Shown piece by piece: positions 1 to 7,805 of a stretch of 44,085 nucleotides of DNA. This DNA comes from Alphaproteobacteria bacterium (GTDB taxonomy: Bacteria; Pseudomonadota; Alphaproteobacteria; UBA828), in contig VGET01000003.1 in NCBI GenBank assembly GCA_016869195.1, positions 1 through 44,085 on the forward strand, written 5' to 3'. A program made the position numbers and the translations under genes. A model generated the notes under the pieces. It ran no database searches, was not told the DNA's origin, and saw only the letters and a list, made by a program, of their open reading frames with translations. Every line of letters starts with the position of its first letter. Within the stretch, counting starts at the first letter, position 1.

Positions 1-350
1 CGCTGGTACCGACGTCATTCATGCGATAGCTGCGGTCTGTCAGACAATCATGTGGGACGAGTCGTGCCTCCTTGCCTGCGGCTTTGGGTGGTACGCCGTA
101 GTGGTCGCAATCTGACATTCGATTCCCGCAGCGCTGAAACCAGATCAATGGGTTACCGGCTCATACGTCGGCACCAAGTGTTAGATTCTACCCAGTAGCG
201 AGTGTAGGTCAAGTGACGGGATGAGGGTAACTGTTGTTGGCCAAGCGCTCTATTGGTCCGGCCAAATTCTTCGCAAATATTCGGGTGCCGTGCGCCAGCG
301 CGTGGTCCTACCAATTTTCTTAAATACTGCCGGCCGAATTGCGGTCTCCA

Positions 351-369
351 TTGAAACGATGAATTTCAA
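351..369. promoter_or_regulatory. Inverted repeat TTGAAA-N7-TTTCAA about 85 nt upstream of the amidase small-subunit start
   Basis: Read directly: ttgaaacgatgaatttcaa. It lies in an ORF-free, lower-GC leader. No binding factor can be assigned. Confidence 0.3.
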
Positions 370-452
370 CGCCTACGATCCTTCCGTCGTCCGCGGTGCG
401 AGCATGTCCGTTTGGCGGCCCGTCAGCGCAAACCAGTTCGGGGGAGGTAAGC

Positions 453-866
453 ATGGCGACGAAAACGGGAGTTCAGCTCAATCAGGGCTATACGGCGACC
501 GACGACTTCATTACGCGCACATGGATTCTGCCGCTTTTGACCGACAAGGCGAAGCGGGCCAAGCTGATCGAGGAGCATCGCGGCAACCCAGTCGGCAAGC
601 CGGGCAAGGCCGGCAAGGCGGCGGTTCAACACAGCGATGACCTCGCCCGCGTGATCGACAAATTCCGGCGGGCACCGCAAGCCGGCAAATACGTTCGCAT
701 CTGCGTCGTGCCCCACAAGGAATATGCCATCGGGGTGCTCTCGGGCGTGCGCGGCAAGCCGGTCAAGATGCTCGAGAACAAGACCTATCCGTCGGAAGAC
801 GCGTGTGAGCACGCGATTTTCCTGCGCCGCATCGACGACATCTTGGCGGCCTACGGCAAGAAATAG
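453..866 (+). CDS. dmfA1: N,N-dimethylformamidase small (alpha) subunit-like protein
   Basis: ATG at 453 is preceded by GGGGAGG (441-447). The C-terminal motif EHAIFLRRIDDI matches my recollection of the DmfA1 motif HAVFLRRIEDV. It sits directly upstream of the large-subunit homolog. The ORF track's earlier start (396) lacks an SD. Confidence 0.6.
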   Translation: MATKTGVQLNQGYTATDDFITRTWILPLLTDKAKRAKLIEEHRGNPVGKPGKAGKAAVQHSDDLARVIDKFRRAPQAGKYVRICVVPHKEYAIGVLSGVRGKPVKMLENKTYPSEDACEHAIFLRRIDDILAAYGKK

Positions 867-948
867 GCAACGCACCGCAACGGAGCCGAGGCGCGGCGCC
901 GCTTGGAGCGGCTTGGCCAGCGCCCGATGACACAGGGAAGATTGAGCC

Positions 949-3309
949 ATGCTTCGCATCACGGGCTACTCGGATGTTTATTCATTGCACCCGGGCGACA
1001 CCGTCAAGTTCTACGTCAACTCCGAGAAGGGTGAAGGCTATCAGGCCGACATCGTGCGCCTGATCCATGGCGACACGAACCCCGAGGGACCGGGCTTCAA
1101 GGAAGAAGTCAAAAAGACGCCGGTCAGCGGCAAGTAAAAGGGGCGCAACCAGAAGATCCACGGCGGCTCCTATGTGGTCGTGCCACACGATGACCGCTTC
1201 AACCTGAAGAGCTTCACGCTTCAGGCCATGATCTTTCCCACCACGCCCGACAAAGGCATGCAGGGCATCCTCAACAAGTGGGACCATAGCAAGAAGAAGG
1301 GCTATGGCATGCTGATCGACGACAAGGGCTGCCTTGCCGTCGGCATGGCCAATGACAAGGGCAAGGTCGCCTGGCTCTCGAGCGGCAAGCCGCTGCTCCG
1401 CAAGGTCTGGTATCTCGCGGCCGCGACCTATGACGCGGAGACCGGCAAGCTCAAGCTCTATCAGATCCCGATGCCGACCTCGGCCAATGGCGGGCTCGGC
1501 ATGTCACTCGTGCACCCCTTGAGCGAGACCTCGCGCATTGTCACGCAGGAGGTGAAGATCGGCGCGCCTGCGGCGAACGATGCGCCCTTCTTGATGGCGG
1601 CGTGGGCCGACAAGGCGAAGTCAGGCCGTTTCATCTTCGGCGCGCATTACAAGGAGGCGACGAGCCCGGTGGAGCTGCCGGTTCAAGGCGGCTGCTTCAA
1701 CGGCAAGATCGATCGGCCCCGTGTCGCCCGCCGGGCGCTCACCCATAGCGAGATCGATGCCCTGGTGCGCGGCTATCGCTATTGCCCGAGCGCGCTCAGG
1801 AACGAGGTGGTCGCGGCCTGGGATTTCCACGCCAACATCTCCAACAACATCGCCTCGACCCACATCATCGACACCTCGACCAGCCTGTTGCACGGCCACG
1901 CGGTCAACCTGCCGGCGCGCGGCATGACCGGCTACAACTGGACGGCGGACGAGATCGTCTATCACCACAAGCCCGAGGAATATGGCGCGATCCACTTCCA
2001 TGACGACGACATCGACGATGCGCGCTGGGAGGTGGATTTCGAGTTCAAGGTGCCGACCAATTGGAAGAGCGGTGTCTATGCCGCGCGGTTGCGCATCGAC
2101 GGCAAATCGACCCCTGACACCGAGGACTATGTGCCGTTCTTCGTGCGCCCGCCCAAGGGCACCACGACCGCCGACATCTGCTTCATCGTGCCGCTGCAGA
2201 GCTACCTCGCCTACTCCAACGACAATCTCGCGGCCAACTCGGTCGCGGCGCAGCTGCTCGGCGGCAAGGTGCCGATCATGCAGGCCTCCGACCTGTTCCT
2301 GAACGAGCACCGCGAATACGGCCTCTCGACCTATTCGTGCCATTCGGATGGCTCGGGCGTGTGCTATTCCTCGCGCCTGCGCCCGATTCTGAACATGCGG
2401 CCGAAATATCGTCACTGGCTCTCGCCCTCGCTCTGGCAGCTCAACGGCGATCTGCATTTGACTGACTGGCTCGAGGAGATGGGTTTCGCCTTTGACGTCC
2501 ACACCGATGAGGACCTGCAGAAGGAGGGTGTCGATCTCCTGAAGAAATATCGGGTGGTGTTGACCGGCAGCCACCCGGAATACGCCTCCGAGAAGATGCT
2601 CGACGCCTATGAGGCCTACCAGCAGCAGGGCGGTCGCTGGCTCTATCTCGGTGCCGACGGCTTCTATTGGATCACCGAGTTCCACCCCGACAACCACAAC
2701 ATCATCGAGGTGCGCAAGGGCGAGGCCGGCACGCGTGCCTGGACCGCCAATCCCGGCGAGTACAACAACGCCTTCGACGGCAAATATGGCGGCATGTGGC
2801 GCGCACGTGGCCGCATCCCGACCAAGGTGTGCGGCCTCACCTTCACCGGCTATGGCTTCGACGTCTCGACCTATTATCGCCGCATGCCGGATTCCGAGCG
2901 CTCCGAATGCGCCTGGATGTTCTCAGGCATCGGCAAGGACGAGATCATCGGCGATTTCGGCCTGGTCGGCGGCGGGGCCGCGGGCCTCGAGATCGATCGC
3001 TACGACCTCGAGTTCGGCACACCGCACAATGCCTATCTGCTCGCGCGCTCGGAGGGTCACACCGATCTGATGATGCAGGTGAACGAGGAAATCCACTTCA
3101 CCTGCCGCGGCTATTATGGCGGCGGCGACGAGAACCCGATGATCCGCGCCGACATGATCTACTACAAGACGCCAAATGACGGCGCGGTGTTCGCGCCGGG
3201 CTCGCTCGCCTGGTGCGGCTCGCTCTCGCACAACAACTACAAGAACAACGTCTCGAAGCTGATGGAGAACGTGATCAAGGGGTTCCTGAAACCCGGCCCC
3301 TTGCCCTGA
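949..3309 (+). pseudogene. dmfA2: N,N-dimethylformamidase large (beta) subunit homolog interrupted by an in-frame TAA at 1135-1137
   Basis: ORFs 949..1137 and 1174..3309 share one reading frame and are separated only by the TAA. The N-terminal piece (LIHGDTNPEGPGFKEEV) and the long piece (YLAYSN, VLTGSHPEY, GGGAAGLEIDRYD, NNVSKLMENV) match DMFase large-subunit motifs as I recall them. Confidence 0.7.
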
Positions 3310-3332
3310 TCGCACCACCTTGAAAAGATGCT

Positions 3333-3365
3333 GGGGCGGTCCGCAGGGGCCGCCCCGTTTTCTTT
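3333..3365 (+). terminator. Rho-independent terminator after the amidase operon
   Basis: GGGGCGG (3333-3339) pairs with CCGCCCC (3350-3356) and is followed by GTTTTCTTTC. Confidence 0.6.
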
Positions 3366-3384
3366 CCGGCATGGGAGAACCGCG

Positions 3385-3750
3385 ATGCCGACCGATCCCG
3401 ACCGCTGGCGCACGCCGGGCTTCACGCCCTCGGCCAAGGTCCGGCCGACCGACCTTGATCGTCGTGGCGGCAAGCGGCCCGACCTGCTCAAGGGTCTCGA
3501 CGCCGACAAGCTCGCCGAGTTCGCCCAGGTGCTGTTCCAGTTGAACGGCTTTCGCCGCGGGCCGGTGAAGGGCTATTACGTCGTGGTCGAGACGACGCCA
3601 GGCAAGGAATGGAAGGTCGGCCAGCTCTGCGCCGACCCCGACGCGCCGTTGCGCATCGTCGATGAGCGCGTGTTCGACAACAGCGATGAAGCGCTGAAGG
3701 TCGCCGAGTCCTTACGGGAGGCCGACCCGCCGCGCTATGGCGGCGCCTAA
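3385..3750 (+). CDS. Hypothetical protein (121 aa)
   Basis: ATG at 3385 follows GGGAGAA, and third-position GC is high. No recognisable motif. It begins only about 20 nt after a terminator, so expression is uncertain. Confidence 0.45.
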   Translation: MPTDPDRWRTPGFTPSAKVRPTDLDRRGGKRPDLLKGLDADKLAEFAQVLFQLNGFRRGPVKGYYVVVETTPGKEWKVGQLCADPDAPLRIVDERVFDNSDEALKVAESLREADPPRYGGA

Positions 3751-3797
3751 TCCTCGGACCGTGTCAGGGCGGAGCCTCGGCCACCCGAGGGAATTCT

Positions 3798-3864
3798 CCA
3801 CAAAGGCACCAAGACACGACGCAACAAGAGAGGCTTGGGGCCTTGTGACTTGGTGTCCTTGTGG
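3798..3864. repeat. Long imperfect hairpin (20-nt arms, 17/20 complementary, 27-nt loop) between convergent genes
   Basis: CCACAAAGGCACCAAGACAC (3798-3817) pairs with GTGACTTGGTGTCCTTGTGG (3845-3864). No T-tract follows on either strand. Confidence 0.6.
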
Positions 3865-3874
3865 CGAACCTAGT

Positions 3875-3918
3875 CATTGGCCGCTCGAGCGCGGCCCCAT
3901 TGAATCAAGATTGAATCA
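3875..3918. repeat. Left copy of an imperfect inverted repeat bracketing the C1-amine module (partner 10839-10873)
   Basis: The blocks CATTGG..TCGAGC..CCATT.GAATCAA..TGAATCA recur in the same order in the reverse complement of 10839-10873. Confidence 0.6.
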
Positions 3919-4365
3919 CGCCTTGCGGTGTTTCTCGCCGAGCGCGATCAGCGGGTGCTTGGGCGACATCTGGAACTTGATCAACAGCTCGCGCGCCAGC
4001 ATGTCGCGGTCCTGCTGATTGTTGGGCAGCTTCAGGTCGGGCGGCACCGAGACCCAGCCATTGATATTGCGGTCGAACACCGCGGGCCGCCCCTCTTCAT
4101 AGCCCATGTGCACGTCTTCGAGCCAATTGAGGTCGGGCCAACCCATGGTCTCGATGTACTTCTTCAGGAACGGCGTGAGGCGCGCGTAATCGGGCACAAG
4201 ATTCACGTCATAGCGATAGCCGATATGCTGGCCGATCTCCTTCTCACGCGTGGTGTCGAGGCCCTTCGACTTCAGGAAATAGTCGACGTCGCCCTGCTTG
4301 GCACCCTTCGATTTCGCCGCCGGCCTCTTGGCGCTCTTCGCCTTGAGCTTCGTCACCTTGGCCAT
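3916..4365 (-). CDS. Hypothetical protein with a Lys/Ala-rich N-terminus (149 aa)
   Basis: ATG at 4365 (MAKVTKLKAKSAKRPAAKSKGAK...). It is co-directional with and downstream of the mgsC-like gene. The ORF-track extension to 4839 runs through a palindromic repeat element and overlaps mgsC, so it is not credible. Confidence 0.5.
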   Translation of the reverse strand: MAKVTKLKAKSAKRPAAKSKGAKQGDVDYFLKSKGLDTTREKEIGQHIGYRYDVNLVPDYARLTPFLKKYIETMGWPDLNWLEDVHMGYEEGRPAVFDRNINGWVSVPPDLKLPNNQQDRDMLARELLIKFQMSPKHPLIALGEKHRKA

Positions 4366-4400
4366 GTCGCACTCCATCGCCCAATCGTTTCGTCGCCAAT

Positions 4401-4517
4401 CACCCCCCTCCCATCCCTCCCCCTCAAGGGGGGCGGGAAAGAACCGGCGCGGGCCCGCCCGCGTGCCCCCTCCCCCTCGTCGCGGCGCGTCAGCGCCCGA
4501 CGCTCGACGGGGGAGGG
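4401..4517. repeat. GC-rich palindromic (REP-like) element, CCCTCCCC/GGGGAGGG family, copy A
   Basis: Nested hairpins: 4415-4437; 4468-4479 with 4505-4517; inner GGCGC-gtca-GCGCC at 4483-4496. The core CCCTCCCCC...GGGGGAGGG is shared with copies at 17264-17411 and 32960-33109. Confidence 0.7.
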
Positions 4518-4553
4518 TTGGGGTGGGGGTGGGAACATGTCCTGTCGCGGCGC

Positions 4554-5948
4554 TCAATACCGCGTCATGTCGGGCCGGCCGACCGTGTGCTGCGTGCCCG
4601 CGAGCGGCACCTGCGCCATGGCGGAAGCCTCCATGGTGAGCGCGGCCAGATCCTCCGGCTCCAGAGAATGCACATTGGTCTTGCCGCAGGCACGCGCCAG
4701 CATCTGGCATTCGAGCGTCAGCGTGTGCAGGAAATTGAACACCCTCACCGCGGCCTCGTCGGGATCGAGCCGCTTGCGCAGCGCCGGATCCTGCGTGGTG
4801 ACGCCGACCGGGCAGCGACCGGTGTGGCAGTGATAGCACTCGCCGGCCGGCACACCGACCTCGGACTCGTAGTCGGCCTCGGGAATGTCCTTGTTGCAGT
4901 TGAGCGCGATGAGCGCGGCATGGCCGATCGCGACCGCATCGGCGCCGAGCGCAAGCGCCTTCGCGACATCGGCGCCGTTCCGGATGCCGCCGGCATAGAC
5001 CAGCGAGATCGAGCCGGTCGCGCCGAGATCATCCAGCGCCTTCCGCGCCTGACGGATCGCGGCGATGCCGGGCACGCCGGTTTCCTCGGTCGCGATGTGC
5101 GGACCGGCGCCGGTGCCGCCCTCCATGCCATCGATGTAGATCGAGTCAGGGCCGGTCTTGATCGCCATGCGCACGTCGTCATAGACGCGGGCCGCGCCGA
5201 GCTTCAGCTGAATCGGAATCTGATGATCGGTCGCCTCGCGGATCTCCTGAATCTTGAGCGCGAGATCATCGGGCCCGAGCCAATCGGGGTGACGCGCGGG
5301 CGAGCGCTGATCAATGCCCGCAGGCAACGAGCGCATCTCGGCCACCTGGTCGGTCACCTTCTGGCCCATCAAATGGCCGCCGAGGCCGACCTTGCAGCCC
5401 TGGCCGATGAAGAACTCGCAGGCGTCCGCGAGGCGTAAGTGATGCGGGTTGAAGCCGTAACGCGACTGGATGCACTGATAGAACCACTTGGAGGAGAAGC
5501 GCCGCTCATCCGGGATCATGCCGCCTTCGCCCGAGCAGGTCGCCGTGCCGGCCATGGTGGCGCCGCGTGCGAGCGCGAGCTTCGCCTCGAAGGAAAGCGC
5601 GCCGAAGCTCATGCCGGTGATGTAGATCGGAATGTCGAGCACCAGCGGGCGCTTGGCCTTCGGCCCGATCACGGTGGTCGTCTCGCACTTCTCGCGATAG
5701 CCCTCGATCACGAAGCGCGTCAACGTGCCGGGCAGGAAGGTGAGATCATCCCAGGTCGGGATCTTCTTGAAGATCGAGAAGCCGCGCATCCGATAGCGGC
5801 CGAGCTCGGCCTTGATGTGGATGTCGTCGATCACCTCAGGCGTGAAGATGCGGCTCTTACCGAGCACCGACTTGTTGCGCTCGGGCTGCGCTGCGCGCTT
5901 GGCGATTTTCTTGGTTCGCGCTTCGAGCGCGCGCCTTTTGGTGGCCAT
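4554..5948 (-). CDS. mgsC: FMN-dependent glutamate-synthase-domain protein (N-methylglutamate synthase subunit C-like, GlxD-like)
   Basis: ATG at 5948 follows GGGGAG. Typical GltS FMN-domain sequences are present (ITGMSFGALS, GCKVGLGGHL, DGMEGGTGAGP, YAGGIRNGADVAKALALGADAV). It is the last gene of the GATase-GXGXG-FMN triplet. Confidence 0.7.
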   Translation of the reverse strand: MATKRRALEARTKKIAKRAAQPERNKSVLGKSRIFTPEVIDDIHIKAELGRYRMRGFSIFKKIPTWDDLTFLPGTLTRFVIEGYREKCETTTVIGPKAKRPLVLDIPIYITGMSFGALSFEAKLALARGATMAGTATCSGEGGMIPDERRFSSKWFYQCIQSRYGFNPHHLRLADACEFFIGQGCKVGLGGHLMGQKVTDQVAEMRSLPAGIDQRSPARHPDWLGPDDLALKIQEIREATDHQIPIQLKLGAARVYDDVRMAIKTGPDSIYIDGMEGGTGAGPHIATEETGVPGIAAIRQARKALDDLGATGSISLVYAGGIRNGADVAKALALGADAVAIGHAALIALNCNKDIPEADYESEVGVPAGECYHCHTGRCPVGVTTQDPALRKRLDPDEAAVRVFNFLHTLTLECQMLARACGKTNVHSLEPEDLAALTMEASAMAQVPLAGTQHTVGRPDMTRY

Positions 5949-5999
5949 GATCAACTCCCCTGAGGGCGCGTACGCCCTGCCACTGAATCCATCATCGAT

Positions 6000-6839
6000 C
6001 TAGAGCGCGATCTTCTTCTCGGTCGGCTCGAGCTTGTCGTAGTTCCAGAGCTGCCGGCCCGCGACGATTTTCTTCAGGTTCTCGACGCCGTTCGGCGCCT
6101 TGAGCCCATAGGTATCGAGCTTGCGCTTGAGCCAGGCGGCCTCGACCTCGGTAAGCTCGCCCGGCACGGCATCAACGCCGAGCGAGCCGATCTTGCCGCC
6201 GACATAGATGGTGCCGTCGTACATCGAATCGCCGAGATTGTTTCCGGTGTCGCCGAGAATGATCATGCGCCCGCGCTGCATCATGAAGCCGCAGAACGAG
6301 CCGCAGCGCCCGCCGACGATGATAGTGCCGCCCTTCTGGTCGATCGCCATGCGCGCGCCGACATCGCCCTTGCAGACGAGATCGCCGCCACGCAGCGCGG
6401 CACCGAAGGTGGAGCCCGCGTTCTTCTCGATCACGATCACGCCGGCCAGCATGTTCTCGGCGCAGGACCAGCCGACGCGGCCGGAGATCGTGACATAGGG
6501 GCCGTCCAGCAGCCCGCAGCCGAAATAGCCGAGACTGCCACGGAATTCGAGGCGAAGCTTGTTCAGCAGCCCAACGCCGATGCCGTGCTTCGCCATCGGG
6601 TTGTGCACAACGATATGGCCGTTGCCTTCGGCCATCAGCGCGCGGATGCGCTCGTTGATCTGCGTCGCCGTCATCGGCGCGGCATCGAACTCGGCCCGCT
6701 TCTTGAAGTTGACCTCGACCGAGTCAGGATAGGTGTAGTTCTCCTCCTGCGTCGCGGGGAAGAACGTCTGCTGCGTGCGGCCGCGTAAGGATTCCTCATG
6801 CTCGGCGCCGAGCGGCGCCTTGACGCTCAGCTTTGCCAT
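6000..6839 (-). CDS. mgsB: GXGXG-motif glutamate-synthase alpha C-terminal-like protein (N-methylglutamate synthase subunit B-like)
   Basis: Repeated G-x-G-rich beta-helix sequence (GSLGYFGCG, GGRCGSFCGFMM, LGDTGNNLGDSMYDG). It overlaps the upstream gene by 13 nt. Confidence 0.7.
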   Translation of the reverse strand: MAKLSVKAPLGAEHEESLRGRTQQTFFPATQEENYTYPDSVEVNFKKRAEFDAAPMTATQINERIRALMAEGNGHIVVHNPMAKHGIGVGLLNKLRLEFRGSLGYFGCGLLDGPYVTISGRVGWSCAENMLAGVIVIEKNAGSTFGAALRGGDLVCKGDVGARMAIDQKGGTIIVGGRCGSFCGFMMQRGRMIILGDTGNNLGDSMYDGTIYVGGKIGSLGVDAVPGELTEVEAAWLKRKLDTYGLKAPNGVENLKKIVAGRQLWNYDKLEPTEKKIAL

Positions 6840-7783
6840 ACGCGCACCTCGCCGTCATAGGGATCCCAGGTGTCGATCTCCTTGGGGAAGATGCTGCGGA
6901 TCGCGACCTCCTCCGACGCCATGGCGACGAGATCGCTGCTCTCGAACAGCACCATGGGCTTCGCCGCCATGGTGTCCTTCGCCATGCCGAGCTTGTCGGA
7001 CGTCGCGACCAGATAGGTGAACACGCCGTCGAGCTCGGCGACCGAGGCGTGCATGGCCTCCTCGAGGTTCGCGCCGCGATGCATGCGATCCGCGAGGTAG
7101 ACCGCGATCAGCTCGGAATCGCAATTCGACATGAAGCGATGGCCGCGATGCTCGAGCTGGCGCCGGAAGCCCCAATAATTGGTCAGCTGCCCGTTGTGCA
7201 CGACCGAGACATCCATGAACGGATAGGCCCAATAGGGATGGGCCGAGCGGATGTCGACATCCGATTCGGTGGCCATGCGCGTGTGGCCGATCGCGTGCGT
7301 GCCCTTGAACTGGCTGAGCTTGTAATCGCCCGAGACGCGCTCGGCATCACCCAGATCCTTGATCAGCTCGAGCGCGTGGCCGAGCGAGAGAATCTCGGCG
7401 CCATCAATGTCTTCGATATAGTCGGCGAACTTCTTGTAGGCCTCGAGCGAGTTCATCGTGCCCGGCTTGAAGCGCAGCTGATAGCGGAAGGCGTACTCGG
7501 TCGCCGGCTCCTCCATCACGATCTCGCCGCCCATCTGCGCGATGCGGCGATCGACCTCGGCGCGACGCTCGACCACCTGACGGTGGATGTCGAAGCCTTT
7601 CGACATGTCCTCCTGCTCGGCCACCTTGAAGCGCAGCACGAACTCGCCGCGCTGCGGCTGGCCATAAAGCGCGAAACCGGTCGAATCGGGCCCCCGATGC
7701 TTGAGCGCTCGAAGCATCGAGGTCATTTCAAAGCCGACATCCGCGCGCGAGCCGCGATGGATGACGCCTGCTATGCCGCACAT
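6827..7783 (-). CDS. mgsA: Class II glutamine amidotransferase-like protein (N-methylglutamate synthase subunit A-like)
   Basis: N-terminal MCGIAG with a catalytic Cys2, typical of Ntn-type GATase. GGAGG SD upstream of 7783. Confidence 0.7.
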   Translation of the reverse strand: MCGIAGVIHRGSRADVGFEMTSMLRALKHRGPDSTGFALYGQPQRGEFVLRFKVAEQEDMSKGFDIHRQVVERRAEVDRRIAQMGGEIVMEEPATEYAFRYQLRFKPGTMNSLEAYKKFADYIEDIDGAEILSLGHALELIKDLGDAERVSGDYKLSQFKGTHAIGHTRMATESDVDIRSAHPYWAYPFMDVSVVHNGQLTNYWGFRRQLEHRGHRFMSNCDSELIAVYLADRMHRGANLEEAMHASVAELDGVFTYLVATSDKLGMAKDTMAAKPMVLFESSDLVAMASEEVAIRSIFPKEIDTWDPYDGEVRVWQS

Positions 7784-7805
7784 GAACTTGGCCTCCGTTC
7801 CTGGC

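Noticed and set aside
118-137. TTCGATT-CCCGC-AGCGCTG-A looks like the T-loop, 3' T-stem, 3' acceptor stem and discriminator of a tRNA. It could be an att-site remnant of an integrated island.
   Set aside because: No complementary 5' T-stem or acceptor sequence lies upstream, and no integrase or second copy is in the window. A 9-mer like TTCGATTCC is expected by chance at roughly this window size. It is worth a genome-wide check, but it is not supportable here.
170-184. GGCAC-N7-TT sequence resembling a sigma54 -24/-12 promoter.
   Set aside because: The spacing is off by one and the -12 GC is missing (TTAG instead of TTGC).
221-640. A 139-aa ORF overlapping the leader and the start of the small-subunit gene.
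   Set aside because: It runs out of frame through the better-supported dmfA1-like gene, has a Gly/Arg/Gln-rich low-complexity C-terminus, and has no SD.
1135-1137. Possibility that TAA is recoded (sense codon or programmed readthrough) because two genes carry it in frame at Tyr-like positions.
   Set aside because: TAA is a normal terminator for other well-defined genes in this window (for example 3748-3750 and 41714-41716). No bacterial TAA-to-Tyr code is established. Mutation or sequence error is the simpler explanation, and both events are kept as findings.
1174-3309. Treating the 711-aa ORF from GTG 1174 as an intact, shorter large-subunit gene.
   Set aside because: The upstream 62 codons in the same frame are clearly homologous to the N-terminus of the family, and no SD precedes 1174. 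The single-gene-with-stop interpretation fits better.
4366-4839. Extension of ORF 3916..4839 to 307 aa. The same applies to ORF 32952..33125 as an N-terminal extension of the second MoxR gene.
   Set aside because: Both extensions are translations of the CCCTCCCC/GGGGAGGG palindromic repeat elements (Pro/Gly/Arg-rich). The first also overlaps the mgsC-like gene.
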